From assembly GCA_963740355.1 (NCBI GenBank), contig CAVUDW010000003.1, forward strand, positions 1,216,001-1,280,000: a stretch of 64,000 nucleotides of DNA, read 5' to 3'. Made by a program: the position numbers and the translations under genes. The notes under the pieces are model-generated. The model was given only the letters and a program-made list of their open reading frames with translations, searched no databases and was not told where the DNA came from. Every line of letters starts with the position of its first letter. The first letter of the stretch is position 1. This document shows, one piece after another, positions 29,021 to 39,326 of this stretch. The stretch is from an uncultured Gemmatimonadaceae bacterium. Lineage in GTDB: Bacteria > Gemmatimonadota > Gemmatimonadetes > Gemmatimonadales > Gemmatimonadaceae.

Positions 29021-32000
29021 ATGCAGGAGCAACACGATCGGCCGTCGGGGCACGATGCGCTCGCCTTCCTTTCCGGCGGCGGCGAGATGGGGACACTCAT
29101 CCGTGCATTCGACTGGTCGCACACGCCCCTCGGGCCGATCGAGTCGTGGCCCGGCAGCCTGCGAACGACCGTGAGCATCTGCCTGGCCTCGGACCTGCCC
29201 ATCTGCATCATCTGGGGCGTCGGGCTGGTCCAGATCTACAACGATGGATATCGGGCGATTTGCGGCGGCAAGCATCCGCGATCACTGGGCCAGAACTTTC
29301 CGGAATGCTGGCGCGAGGCGTGGCCGGTGATCGGAGACGCGCATGATTCCGCTCTCGCCGGCGACACGGCCTTTTTAGAGACACAACGCATCTTTCTCGA
29401 TCGGTACGGCTACACGGAGGAGTGTTTCTTCACCTTCTCGTTCAGCCCGATCCGTGATGAGGCGGGTCGCGTGGGCGGCCTCTTCCACCCCGTCATCGAG
29501 ATGACGGCCAAGATGCAGGGAGAACGGCGCACACACGCACTGCGCGATGTCGCATCCCGCACGGCCAACTCCACCACGGTCGACGAGGCCTGCGCGCTCG
29601 CCGCGCACGCCATGGCAAGCCACGACCGGGATGTTCCCTTCGCCTTGATCTACCTCTTCGACGCCCACGACAAGTCGGCCCGACTGGCCGCATCGATTGG
29701 ATTGTCTGACACGGATCTCGCGAACATCGCCTCCGTCACGAGCGACGGGTCATCACAAGCATCGTGGACGCTGTCCGAAGTCCAGCGAACTGGTGAGACC
29801 CAGACGATCGATGACCTCGAGACGCGGTTCGGCATTCTCGCGTGCGGTCCGTATCCGGAAGGCCCACGCACCGCGCTGGCACTGGCGCTCAAGGCGCCAG
29901 GTTCCGAGCGCCCAGTGGGCGTGCTCGTCGCTGGGGTGAGCAGTCGACTCCGCCTGTCGCAAGGCTACCGCGACTTCCACGAACTGCTGGCGGCGACCGT
30001 GTCGACCGCGGTGACGAATGGGCGCGCCTTCGAGGACGAGCGTCGGAAGGCGGAAGCGTTGGCGGAGCTCGATCGGACGAAGACTGCCTTCTTCTCGAAC
30101 GTCAGTCACGAGTTCCGCACCCCGTTGACGCTGATGCTTGGCCCGGTCGAGGACATGCTCGCGCACAGCCAGACCGACTTGTCGCCCGCAGCGAAGAGTC
30201 AGTTGGAGGTCGTCAACCGGAATGGAATGCGGTTGCTGCGCCTGGTAAACACACTGCTGGATTTCTCGCGCATCGAGGCGGGACGAGTGCGGGCGGCGTT
30301 CCAGCCGACCAACCTCACCACATTCACGACGGAACTGGCCAGTGTCTTCCGGTCAGCCTGCGAGCGTGCGGGGCTGGTCCTCACCGTTGAATGTGAGCCA
30401 CTCGGCGAGCCGGTGTTCGTCGACCGAGACATGTGGGAGAAGGTCGTGCTGAACCTCCTCTCGAACGCGTTCAAGTTCACGTTCGCGGGAGAGATCGCCG
30501 TCACACTGCGGAAAGTCGGCAACGCTGCCGAGCTCCGGATTCGGGATAGCGGCACCGGCATTCCCTCGAGCGAAATGCCGCGCCTCTTCGAGCGCTTTCA
30601 CCGCGTCGAGAATGCCCAGGGTCGGACCCACGAAGGGAGCGGCATTGGGCTCTCGCTGGTGCAGGAACTGATCAAGCTGCATGGCGGCTCGATCACGGCC
30701 GAGAGTGTGGTAGACGAAGGAACGACCTTCATTGCGTCGCTGCCGCTCGGATCGGCGCACCTGCCGAGTGACCAGATCGCCGAGGGACGCAGAACCGAAT
30801 CCGCCGGCATCGGTGCGATGCCATATGTGGAAGAGGCACTGCGATGGCTCCCAGACGCTATCGCCGTCGACATCGACCCGCCGATGTACAGCGAGCCATT
30901 GCCTGTGCCCTACCTCGGCAATGAACGTGATGGCGACGAGCGGCCGCGTGTGCTGGTGGCGGACGACAATGCTGACATGCGGCAGTACCTCGTTCGGTTA
31001 TTGGCCGAGCATTTTCGCACTGAAGCCGTACCAGATGGGGAGGCCGCGTTGGCGGCGGCCCGCGTCAGCGTTCCGGACCTCATCCTGTCCGACGTGATGA
31101 TGCCACGTCTCGATGGTTTCGGTTTGTTGCGAGCGTTGCGTGCCGACCCGCGCACCGGTGGCGTGCCGGTCATCATGCTCTCGGCCCGCGCTGGTGAGGA
31201 AAGCCGGGTGGAGGGCATGGAGGCTGGGGCTGACGACTACCTGGTGAAGCCATTCGGTGCCAGGGAGCTGCTGGCCCGCGTGCGAGCGCACCTGCAGATG
31301 GCGCGAATGCGGCAGGAAGCAAATGCGTCGCTGCGAGAGGGTGAGGAGCGGCTGCGCATGGCATTGACGGCGGCTCGCATGGTGGCATGGGAACTGGACT
31401 TCGCCACCAGCGCCATCGTTCTCTCGGACAATGCCGCCGACGTCTTCGGTCTTTCTCCGGCCACGCAGCTCGCGCGCTGTGAGCAAGTCTTCGCGCTCGT
31501 ACATCCGGATGACGTGGACCACCACCGTGCCACCGTGATGAAGGCGGCGGCTGAGTGCAGCAGCTACATCAGTCAGTTCCGACTCGCGCGCGATGCCGAC
31601 GAGCCGACGATTTGGCTGGAGGACCGAGGCCACTGCATCGGAGACGCTGCCGGGAAGACCGTGCGCATCGTCGGCGTCGTGATGGACATCTCGGCGCGCA
31701 AGCGGTCGGAGGCCGAGATCCAGATGCGTGAGCGACAAACGCGCACGATTCTGGAGTCGATCACGGATGGGTTCTTCGCTCTCGACCAGGAGTGGCGATT
31801 CACGTACATGAATGCGGCGGGCGAACGCTTCCTCAATCGTGCGCCAGGCGATTGGCTTGGCAAATGCGTGTGGGACGAATTTCCAAGCGTGGCTGGAACC
31901 GATTTCGAGCGCGTGTATCGGAGCGTTGCGAGTTCCGGCGTGGCCGAGTCCTTCACGGCACACTACTCGGACTTCGATCGATGGTACGAGGTCAGCGCGT

Positions 32001-33610
32001 ATCCTGCACCGGATGGCTTGTCGGTGTATTTCCGAGATGTGACGGACAAGACGCGGTCCGACGAGCGTCTCCAGGCGAGCGAGGATCGGCGACGGCTGGC
32101 GCTCGATGATGCTGAACTGGGCGCGTGGAACATTGATCTGGCGTCCCGATCGACCGTGACGGACTCACGATTCCGCGCAATCTTCGGCACGACGGAGGAG
32201 TGGTCTGACGGCCAGCAGATCTTCGGCTCCGCCCATCCCGAGGACCTCCCGGCGCTGCGAACGGCGGTCGACGCCGCAACACGCCTCGACAACCCGCTAC
32301 CGCTCGCCCTCGAGTACCGGATCCTTCACCCCGACGGTTCGCTCCACTGGGTCTTCGCCAAGGGACGATCGACCATTGCCGGGGATGGATTCTCGCGGCG
32401 CGCCATGAGCTTCGACGGGACGGTTGCCGATATCACCGATCGGAAGCTCGCCGAGGAAGAGCGGGAGTATCTCGTGGGCCAACTGCAATTGCAGGACAGA
32501 CGCAAGGACGAGTTCCTCGCAACTCTCGCCCACGAGCTTCGCAACCCATTGGCGCCAATCAGCAATGGGCTGCAGATCATCCGCCTTGCGGGATCTACCG
32601 GAATCGTCGAACAGGCCCGCAGCATGATGGACCGTCAGATGACGCAGATGGTGCGACTGGTGGATGACCTGCTCGACATCAGTCGCATCACGCGCGGCAA
32701 GCTCGAACTGCGCAGGCAGGCAGTCGCGTTGCGTTCCGTCGTCGAAATCGCGGTGGAGATTGCGAGCCCGCTGATCCAGCAGGCGAAGCACGAACTCACG
32801 ATCACCGTCCCAGAAGTACCGATCATCGTGAATGGCGACATGACACGGCTGGCCCAGGTGCTCTCCAACCTGCTCACGAATTCGGCCAAGTACACGCACG
32901 ACGGGGGGCATATCCACCTGACCGTCGAGCGCACAGGGGACACGGTCCTCGTCGCGGTGAGGGACAACGGGATCGGGATCCCAGCCGCCATGCTCGGGCA
33001 CGTGTTCGAGATGTTCACGCAGGTCGACCGGACGCTCGAGAAGACGACGGGTGGCCTGGGTATCGGCCTGTCGCTCGCCAAGGGTCTGGTGGAAATGCAC
33101 GGAGGGAGTCTCGAAGCCCGCAGCGATGGCGAAGGCCTCGGCAGCGAGTTCAGGCTGCTGTTGCCCGTTGCTGTGCGTGATGACGGCGACCTCGCGCTCC
33201 TCGGCGGCAAGCACGTGCCTGTCGCAGCGGCCGTCAGCCGGCGGATCCTGGTCGTCGACGACAACAAGGACGCGGCAGATTCATTGGCTCAGCTGCTGGA
33301 AATGCTCGGCAACGAGGTTCGCACGGCGAACGACGGCGAGGCTGGTATCACGGCGGCCGAGACGTTTCGGCCTGACGTCGTACTGCTCGACATTGGCATG
33401 CCGAAGATGAACGGCTACGACGCCTGCCGTCGCATCCGCGCCGAGGAATGGGGACGCGACATGCTGCTGGTCGCCATGACCGGTTGGGGGCAGGCTGAGG
33501 ACAAGCGGCTTGCACAGGATGCCGGCTTCGAGGCGCATCTCGTCAAGCCTGTCGACCTCGAGAGCTTGCAGCGGCTGCTGGCGACGCCGACGCGGGACGC
33601 CGTGCAGTGA
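29021..33610 (+). CDS. 1529-aa double hybrid kinase (PAS-like, GAF, HisKA-HATPase, REC, 3 PAS, HisKA-HATPase, REC)
   Basis: Two H-boxes (FFSNVSHEFRTPLT and FLATLAHELRNPLAP), two G2 boxes, two receivers (VLVADDNADM and ILVVDDNKD). Confidence 0.94.
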   Translation: MQEQHDRPSGHDALAFLSGGGEMGTLIRAFDWSHTPLGPIESWPGSLRTTVSICLASDLPICIIWGVGLVQIYNDGYRAICGGKHPRSLGQNFPECWREAWPVIGDAHDSALAGDTAFLETQRIFLDRYGYTEECFFTFSFSPIRDEAGRVGGLFHPVIEMTAKMQGERRTHALRDVASRTANSTTVDEACALAAHAMASHDRDVPFALIYLFDAHDKSARLAASIGLSDTDLANIASVTSDGSSQASWTLSEVQRTGETQTIDDLETRFGILACGPYPEGPRTALALALKAPGSERPVGVLVAGVSSRLRLSQGYRDFHELLAATVSTAVTNGRAFEDERRKAEALAELDRTKTAFFSNVSHEFRTPLTLMLGPVEDMLAHSQTDLSPAAKSQLEVVNRNGMRLLRLVNTLLDFSRIEAGRVRAAFQPTNLTTFTTELASVFRSACERAGLVLTVECEPLGEPVFVDRDMWEKVVLNLLSNAFKFTFAGEIAVTLRKVGNAAELRIRDSGTGIPSSEMPRLFERFHRVENAQGRTHEGSGIGLSLVQELIKLHGGSITAESVVDEGTTFIASLPLGSAHLPSDQIAEGRRTESAGIGAMPYVEEALRWLPDAIAVDIDPPMYSEPLPVPYLGNERDGDERPRVLVADDNADMRQYLVRLLAEHFRTEAVPDGEAALAAARVSVPDLILSDVMMPRLDGFGLLRALRADPRTGGVPVIMLSARAGEESRVEGMEAGADDYLVKPFGARELLARVRAHLQMARMRQEANASLREGEERLRMALTAARMVAWELDFATSAIVLSDNAADVFGLSPATQLARCEQVFALVHPDDVDHHRATVMKAAAECSSYISQFRLARDADEPTIWLEDRGHCIGDAAGKTVRIVGVVMDISARKRSEAEIQMRERQTRTILESITDGFFALDQEWRFTYMNAAGERFLNRAPGDWLGKCVWDEFPSVAGTDFERVYRSVASSGVAESFTAHYSDFDRWYEVSAYPAPDGLSVYFRDVTDKTRSDERLQASEDRRRLALDDAELGAWNIDLASRSTVTDSRFRAIFGTTEEWSDGQQIFGSAHPEDLPALRTAVDAATRLDNPLPLALEYRILHPDGSLHWVFAKGRSTIAGDGFSRRAMSFDGTVADITDRKLAEEEREYLVGQLQLQDRRKDEFLATLAHELRNPLAPISNGLQIIRLAGSTGIVEQARSMMDRQMTQMVRLVDDLLDISRITRGKLELRRQAVALRSVVEIAVEIASPLIQQAKHELTITVPEVPIIVNGDMTRLAQVLSNLLTNSAKYTHDGGHIHLTVERTGDTVLVAVRDNGIGIPAAMLGHVFEMFTQVDRTLEKTTGGLGIGLSLAKGLVEMHGGSLEARSDGEGLGSEFRLLLPVAVRDDGDLALLGGKHVPVAAAVSRRILVVDDNKDAADSLAQLLEMLGNEVRTANDGEAGITAAETFRPDVVLLDIGMPKMNGYDACRRIRAEEWGRDMLLVAMTGWGQAEDKRLAQDAGFEAHLVKPVDLESLQRLLATPTRDAVQ

Positions 33611-33623
33611 TCCACACACGGCA

Positions 33624-33656
33624 GACGGCCCGTTCGCAATAAGCGAACGGGCCGTC
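33624..33656. terminator. Hairpin between convergent genes, probably a bidirectional terminator
   Basis: gacggcccgttcgc-aataa-gcgaacgggccgtc, a perfect 14-bp stem. Confidence 0.75.
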
Positions 33657-33675
33657 GGTACCGCAGAAGCTGGAA

Positions 33676-36108
33676 TCAGTTACAGGTGGCTGCGTAATCG
33701 GCTGGATTGAGGTCCAGCACCACCACACCGCGTGCCGTGGCACCCACCGCCACGATCCGACTGCCGCGCACCGCCGTCTTGAGCGGACCGATGATCGGGT
33801 CCTTGATGGCGATCACGCCGACCCGCTGGAAGCAGCGGGTATCGAACACTTCGAGCACCGGCTCGCGTGAGGCAGCGAACGACAGGCGTGTGGCCAGCGT
33901 GCCGCCCGACAGGTTCGGCCCAGGCGCATTCAGCGGATGGAAGTCGAAGCCGGCATTTCCGCCCTGCGTCTGCAGGAGGCCGTAGAGGCGGAGGGTGTTG
34001 TTGAAGAGGTAGGTGGAGTCGGCACGGATGGCGAACAGTTCACCATCGGCACTGACGGCCACGCCACGCACCGGGGAGAAGGCGTTGGCGATGAGGTCGG
34101 ACACGTCGCTTGGTGGCGACACACCGGCATCCACCACGCTGAGCTGCGAGGTGTAGGTCGAGATCGCGCCAGTGGTGGTGTCCGTCACCACCTGCTGCGT
34201 CACGCGACGGAGGCCAGCGTCGATGTCGTAGGTCAGCGTACGGCTGCCCTTGGCGACACCACCTTCACCGAAGATTGCGCGCTTGAAGTTCGCCGAGTTG
34301 CGGACGAAGGTCGTGTCGCGGAATCCGATGTCGGCCATCGTCACGAGGAAGCCGGCATCACGCGTCGGCTGGCCTGGTGCATCCATCCGGATCGGGAACG
34401 GCAGCAGCGTGGAGTCGGAGCCGTAGGTACCGGAGCGGAAGCGCACCACTTCGAGCGTGTCACCCTTGTTGTCCCGCAGGAAGGTGGCGTGTTCGAAGAA
34501 GAGGTGCGACGACTTGCGGGTGATGTTTTCCCAGCGGATGGTGCCCTTGTCGGCGAAGCCACCCGTCTGGCCACCGGTCGGCGTGGTGGAGAAGACGACG
34601 GTGGTTTCGGTGCAGCCACTGTTGCAGACGGCGCCGACGTACTGCGGACGATCGGAGAAGTCGACAACCGAGCGGGTGATGTTGCCACCCGCGACCGAGA
34701 CCTTGTAGGCCACGATGTTCGGCAGCAGGTAGCGCTCGTTCTCGAAGCCACTGCCATCAGGATTCAGCTGCACGAAGCTGAGGTTCGTACCGCCGGAGTT
34801 GGCGACGATCAGGCGGTTCTGCACCGGCCCGATCGGGCTGCCACGACCCGCAGGGAACACCGTGATGCCCCAGGGGCGCGAACCGACGGCGATCGGCGTG
34901 CGCTGGAAGTTCAGCGAGTCGAAGTTGAACACCTCGAGCTGGTTGCGCTCGATGTTCGTGAGATAGAGGCGACCCGTCGGCTCATGGAAGTAGCCGTCGG
35001 CCACGGCACCGCCGTTGGGCAGCGTGCGGGTGGTGCCGGCGACCAGCGTGATGGTGTCACGTGCGGTCGTCAGCGAGTCGTTCAATCGGCCTTCGGTGTT
35101 GCGAGCGAAGACGCGGAGGACGAGACGCGTTGCCGCGCCGCCAACCGGTGCCGGCAGGCTCATGCGGAGTGTGACCGGCACCGAGGTCGGGCCGCTCGCC
35201 ACTGCCACCGAGTCGCGCTTGATGGCGCCGCCAGCCAGGCTGCGCATGTCGTATCCGACGTAGCCGATGCCGACGGGGTCCTGCGCCTCGACGAAGACGG
35301 TATCCGTCGATTCGACGCGATCGGTGGTGCCGAAGCGTGCGATCTTCGGGATCGTCTGGCCGGTGCCCGAGGCGAGGACTTCGACCGGAACCGGCACTCC
35401 GGCGGTGCGCTGGCCGATGGAGTCGACGACGTAGGGCACGACACCGTAGAAGCCGGCGACCGCTGTGGCCGGAATCGCGAAGGTGAGCGTGGTCGAGAGG
35501 CTGTCCTGCAGCGGGCTGCTGTAGGTGACCGAGTCGCCAGCGATGGCCGTGCCACCGGCAGGCGGCGTGATGCTGAAGCCGACGATGCGGACCTTGCGCG
35601 TGGTGCGCGCCGCGAAGCCGATCACGACACTGCGACCACGCACCGCCTGCGTATTGCTCTGCGGGCTGGTAATCGCAATGAAGCCTGGCTGGCGACTGCC
35701 AACCGCCATCACCGTGGTGTCAGGCTTCGACTTGTTGCCGTTGCCGTCTTCAGCCCGCGTGATCACGGTGACCTGCGAACCCGGCGTGACGTTGCCCGGG
35801 ACGGCGATCGAGAATTCCTTCGTGTAGGCCGTGACGGCCGCACGCACGGTGTCGGCGACGACGCGCGAGATGGCGCCGCCGATCTCGACGTTCACGAACT
35901 TCACGCCAAGGTTGTCGTTGGCGTTGACCGTGACGGCGAAGATCGAGTCGGGGCTCGTCGCCCGCAGCACGGTCACACTGGGTGCCGTGCGGTCGAGCGT
36001 CGTTTCGTCAGTCGTGGGGTCTCCGCTGCCGCAAGCGGCAAGGGAGGTTGCGAGCACCAGCGGGAGCAGGTGCAGCGCGCGCGAAACCAGCGTCGGTTCT
36101 GTGCGCAT
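33676..36108 (-). CDS. Large uncharacterised lipoprotein (Ig-like segments and a probable beta-propeller)
   Basis: Lipobox LAAC; DRTAPSV..., A.DGNGN and D.VGI Ig-like motifs; LYLTN...IAVGSRPWGI and LIVANSGG propeller-type motifs; 3 nt downstream of pilQ. Confidence 0.7.
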   Translation of the reverse strand: MRTEPTLVSRALHLLPLVLATSLAACGSGDPTTDETTLDRTAPSVTVLRATSPDSIFAVTVNANDNLGVKFVNVEIGGAISRVVADTVRAAVTAYTKEFSIAVPGNVTPGSQVTVITRAEDGNGNKSKPDTTVMAVGSRQPGFIAITSPQSNTQAVRGRSVVIGFAARTTRKVRIVGFSITPPAGGTAIAGDSVTYSSPLQDSLSTTLTFAIPATAVAGFYGVVPYVVDSIGQRTAGVPVPVEVLASGTGQTIPKIARFGTTDRVESTDTVFVEAQDPVGIGYVGYDMRSLAGGAIKRDSVAVASGPTSVPVTLRMSLPAPVGGAATRLVLRVFARNTEGRLNDSLTTARDTITLVAGTTRTLPNGGAVADGYFHEPTGRLYLTNIERNQLEVFNFDSLNFQRTPIAVGSRPWGITVFPAGRGSPIGPVQNRLIVANSGGTNLSFVQLNPDGSGFENERYLLPNIVAYKVSVAGGNITRSVVDFSDRPQYVGAVCNSGCTETTVVFSTTPTGGQTGGFADKGTIRWENITRKSSHLFFEHATFLRDNKGDTLEVVRFRSGTYGSDSTLLPFPIRMDAPGQPTRDAGFLVTMADIGFRDTTFVRNSANFKRAIFGEGGVAKGSRTLTYDIDAGLRRVTQQVVTDTTTGAISTYTSQLSVVDAGVSPPSDVSDLIANAFSPVRGVAVSADGELFAIRADSTYLFNNTLRLYGLLQTQGGNAGFDFHPLNAPGPNLSGGTLATRLSFAASREPVLEVFDTRCFQRVGVIAIKDPIIGPLKTAVRGSRIVAVGATARGVVVLDLNPADYAATCN

Positions 36109-36111
36109 GAG

Positions 36112-38157
36112 TTAGCGACCGGGGTTGGGGGCCGGCGTACGAGCCTCGCCGTCGTCCAGGATGTGCGGGGACACAAGGATCACGAGATCGCGCTTCTGCT
36201 CATTCTTGCGAACGGTCGAGAAGAGGCGACCGAGGTACGGCAGGTCCATCAGGAACGGCACACCGCGGCGCGACTTCGTGACCTGCGTGATCGTGAGACC
36301 ACCGATCACCGCCGTCTCACCATCCGGCACCATCAGGGTGTTGTCGGCGCGCTGCTTGTCGAAGATGAAACCGACATCGGAGCTGGCCAGCGACGCTGAG
36401 CTGTTCTCGGCATGGATCGTCATCATGATCTGCCGGTTGTTCGTGATGCGCGGCGTCACGGAGAGCGAGATACCGACTTCCTTGAGCTGGACCGTGGCGC
36501 GCGGGATGTTGATCTGGCCCGTGCTCGATCCACCACCCGCACCGGCACCGGCGTCGAGGACGCGGATCGGGATTTCCTGGCCGACGAGGATCTCAGCCTT
36601 GCGGTTGTCGAGCGTGACGACGGTCGGCTCAGCCTGCACGTCGGCGAGCGACGATTCCTGCAGGGCCTGGATGAACGGCGTCAGCGAGTACTTACCGATC
36701 GCGGCGCTGAAGATCAGGTTGAGCGCCGGGCTCGAGATGCTCGAGTTGGCGTTGGCGATGGCCGAGACGACGTTGCCACCGAGGTCGACGCGGTCACCGA
36801 TGACCGGCTGCTGCACCTGTCGGAACGCATCCGGCACACCGTCACCGTTGCGATCGATCGGGATCTGCGAGACGACTTCCTGGCGCGGGATGACCGTGTT
36901 GAAGAACTGACGGGCGGTTCCGATGTCGTACGTGATGCCCATTTCCTGCAGGTTGCTGCGGTTGACGAAGATGATCTTCGCCTTGATCGCGACCTGCGGC
37001 GTGCGACGGTCGATGGAGCGGACGTAGCTGATGACGTCGTCCATGCGGCTCTGCACTTCGCGGATGAGCAGCGAGTTGGTGGCACTGTCGGCCTGCACAC
37101 TGCCGCGCACGACGCACCCGTTCGGCACGGCGCCTGGAGCCGTTGCACCGCTGGCGCCGGAGGACGGACCACCCGCACCTGGCACACAGTCCCGCGTCAG
37201 CAGTCCGCGCACCGTGGTGGCGAGCGAGCTGGCGTTGGCGTAGTTGACGCTCACGACCTGCGTGATGAGCGGCTCGAGCGACTGCTTGTCGAGCATGTTC
37301 TTGTAGGAGTCGACGATGATGATGCCGTTCGGCTCCTCGCTGGCGGCGAGACCCTGCGCGCTGAGGATGGCGGCGAGCGCCTCATCCCACGGCTTGTCCT
37401 TCACATCGGCGGTGATGCTGCCGGTGACATCCTTGCCGACGATGATGGTGCGGTTCGCGAAGCTGGCGAAGGCAGCGATCACGTCGCGGATGTCGGCTTC
37501 CTGGTAGCTGACGGTGATCCGCGGCTTGGGCGGCTTGCCACGCGATGCGGCGGGCGTGCCGACGAGCGCGGGCTCAGGCGTCTGGTACTGCACCTGTGAC
37601 TGCGACTCACCGGCGGAAGCGCGAGCGCTGGAGACGGTGGAGTCCATGACGGCGGTGGCGACTTCGCGCGTAGCGACCTGCTCGACGCGCTGTGCGGGCA
37701 TCGACTGGCCCGTGCTCCAGGTGGCGACGTCCTGACCGCCGGCGAGCGCGATCCGCACTTCATTGCTGCCGGAGATCGTGTATCGCGCGGCACCATCGAC
37801 GTCGATCACGACGCGGACGATGTCGGGGCGGTACTGCGCCATGCGAATGTTCTGCACCGGACCACGCGCCTGCCCATCGTAGGCACGCCCACCGAGCGCG
37901 CCGAGCTGCGAGCCTGGCAGGTCGAGCACGATGCGGTTCGGGCCCGCCAGCGTGAAGGCTGAGCGAGCGACGGAGTCGGTGAGCGTCACGGCGACGACAG
38001 TGCCGGACGAATTCGATTCGACGCGCACACCCTGGACGAGGGCCTGCGCGGAGCTGGTGGTCGGCGTGGCCGTCATCGCGGCGAACACCGCGACCCCGGC
38101 TGCCGCAACGCGATACCAGCTGCGCAGCAGCGAAGAAACGTGCATCCGGTTCATCAT
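36112..38157 (-). CDS. pilQ: Type IV pilus secretin PilQ (AMIN, N domains, secretin)
   Basis: PNRIVLDL...VRVVID (AMIN), ADIRDVI..FASFA, PQVAIKAKI, VPDGETAVIGGL, GVPFLMDLPYLGRLF, LVILVSPHI. Confidence 0.95.
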   Translation of the reverse strand: MMNRMHVSSLLRSWYRVAAAGVAVFAAMTATPTTSSAQALVQGVRVESNSSGTVVAVTLTDSVARSAFTLAGPNRIVLDLPGSQLGALGGRAYDGQARGPVQNIRMAQYRPDIVRVVIDVDGAARYTISGSNEVRIALAGGQDVATWSTGQSMPAQRVEQVATREVATAVMDSTVSSARASAGESQSQVQYQTPEPALVGTPAASRGKPPKPRITVSYQEADIRDVIAAFASFANRTIIVGKDVTGSITADVKDKPWDEALAAILSAQGLAASEEPNGIIIVDSYKNMLDKQSLEPLITQVVSVNYANASSLATTVRGLLTRDCVPGAGGPSSGASGATAPGAVPNGCVVRGSVQADSATNSLLIREVQSRMDDVISYVRSIDRRTPQVAIKAKIIFVNRSNLQEMGITYDIGTARQFFNTVIPRQEVVSQIPIDRNGDGVPDAFRQVQQPVIGDRVDLGGNVVSAIANANSSISSPALNLIFSAAIGKYSLTPFIQALQESSLADVQAEPTVVTLDNRKAEILVGQEIPIRVLDAGAGAGGGSSTGQINIPRATVQLKEVGISLSVTPRITNNRQIMMTIHAENSSASLASSDVGFIFDKQRADNTLMVPDGETAVIGGLTITQVTKSRRGVPFLMDLPYLGRLFSTVRKNEQKRDLVILVSPHILDDGEARTPAPNPGR

Positions 38158-38684
38158 GGTGCCCTCGTCGGCGTGATGGTCCTGGTCGAATCACCCATTG
38201 CAATGCTTTCCTGACGGCTGATACCGAATTCGTCGATCGAGAAGACGACGCGACGTGGTTCGATACTGGCCACGCGCATGCGACCGAGCGGCTGCCCGAC
38301 GCGTACGCGGTACTGCTCCTTCGTCTGTCGGTCGCGGAAAATTGCGATCGACTGCGAACCCGCCTGGCTGTGTGCAGCGTAGGCGATGCCGACCAGGGAG
38401 AGGTCGGCGATGGTGGGGCGAAGCACCCCGGTGGTTGCCAGCGACACGAATGGGTCGCGGCGTCCAGCGGCTTCGTAGGCGAACGTTTCGCGGCGATAGG
38501 AGAGCTGCTCCTGTCGAGCGACGGAGTCACGCTTCGCGGCCGTCATCGGTGCCGCGCCATCGCGACCCTTCGGTGCAGGCTCAGCGCGAGCGATGGTCTG
38601 CTGTGCTGCGAGCGGCGTCACGAGAGGAGCCGCGGCGACGAGCAGGCCGACGAGTGCGAGAACGCGGGTGGGCGCGTGCTTCAC
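38154..38684 (-). CDS. PilP-like pilus assembly protein
   Basis: Signal peptide, YEAAGRRDPF, LSLVGI, YRVRVGQPLG; between pilO and pilQ. No lipobox Cys. Confidence 0.75.
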   Translation of the reverse strand: MKHAPTRVLALVGLLVAAAPLVTPLAAQQTIARAEPAPKGRDGAAPMTAAKRDSVARQEQLSYRRETFAYEAAGRRDPFVSLATTGVLRPTIADLSLVGIAYAAHSQAGSQSIAIFRDRQTKEQYRVRVGQPLGRMRVASIEPRRVVFSIDEFGISRQESIAMGDSTRTITPTRAP

Positions 38685-39325
38685 GGGGTGGTACCTCCAC
38701 GACGTGACGTCGAGACGGGCTCACCGCCGCGCGCGACATACGTCTCGATATCGAATTCCGTCTGGATCGGCGCTTCGGACGCCGGCATGCGACGACGGGT
38801 GCCGGTGCCATACTGCGGCGCGCCCGGGCCATCGGCGATCTTCATCTTCAGCACCATCGGCGTCACGATGCGTGGCAGGCTGCCAACGTTCGTGAGGAAC
38901 TCGGTCATGCTGTTGTAGCCGCCCTTGACGATCAGGCGATACCGATGTGCGTCGTAGTTCTCGCCGCCGCTCGACACGGGCTGCGGCTGTACGCTGGCGA
39001 TGTCGAGCCCAACGCGGCGCGCCGAGTTCGAGACCTGCTCGAGCAACCCTGGCACCTCGTTGACCGTCGGCACGAGCTGACGCATCACGGCGAGGTTTTC
39101 GGAGTAGCGCGCGGCATCTTCCTTCAGCTGTCGGAGGTTGCCGGCCTTCAGCTCGTTGGCGGCCTTCGCGTTGGCCGATGCCAGTGCGTCCACGTGAGCG
39201 GCCTGCTCCGTGATCGTCTCGGACTTCGGCGTGAAGACGTACATGTAGAACAGGACGCTGAGGCCGACGGCGAAGAGGATGACGGCCAGTAGGGACTGTT
39301 CGCGCTTGGTGAATGAGTTCAGCAT
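38681..39325 (-). CDS. pilO: Type IV pilus assembly protein PilO
   Basis: Single TM, coiled coil, LVPTVNEVPGLLEQV, GGYNSMTEFL..VGSLPRIV. Confidence 0.92.
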   Translation of the reverse strand: MLNSFTKREQSLLAVILFAVGLSVLFYMYVFTPKSETITEQAAHVDALASANAKAANELKAGNLRQLKEDAARYSENLAVMRQLVPTVNEVPGLLEQVSNSARRVGLDIASVQPQPVSSGGENYDAHRYRLIVKGGYNSMTEFLTNVGSLPRIVTPMVLKMKIADGPGAPQYGTGTRRRMPASEAPIQTEFDIETYVARGGEPVSTSRRGGTTP

Positions 39326-39326
39326 G

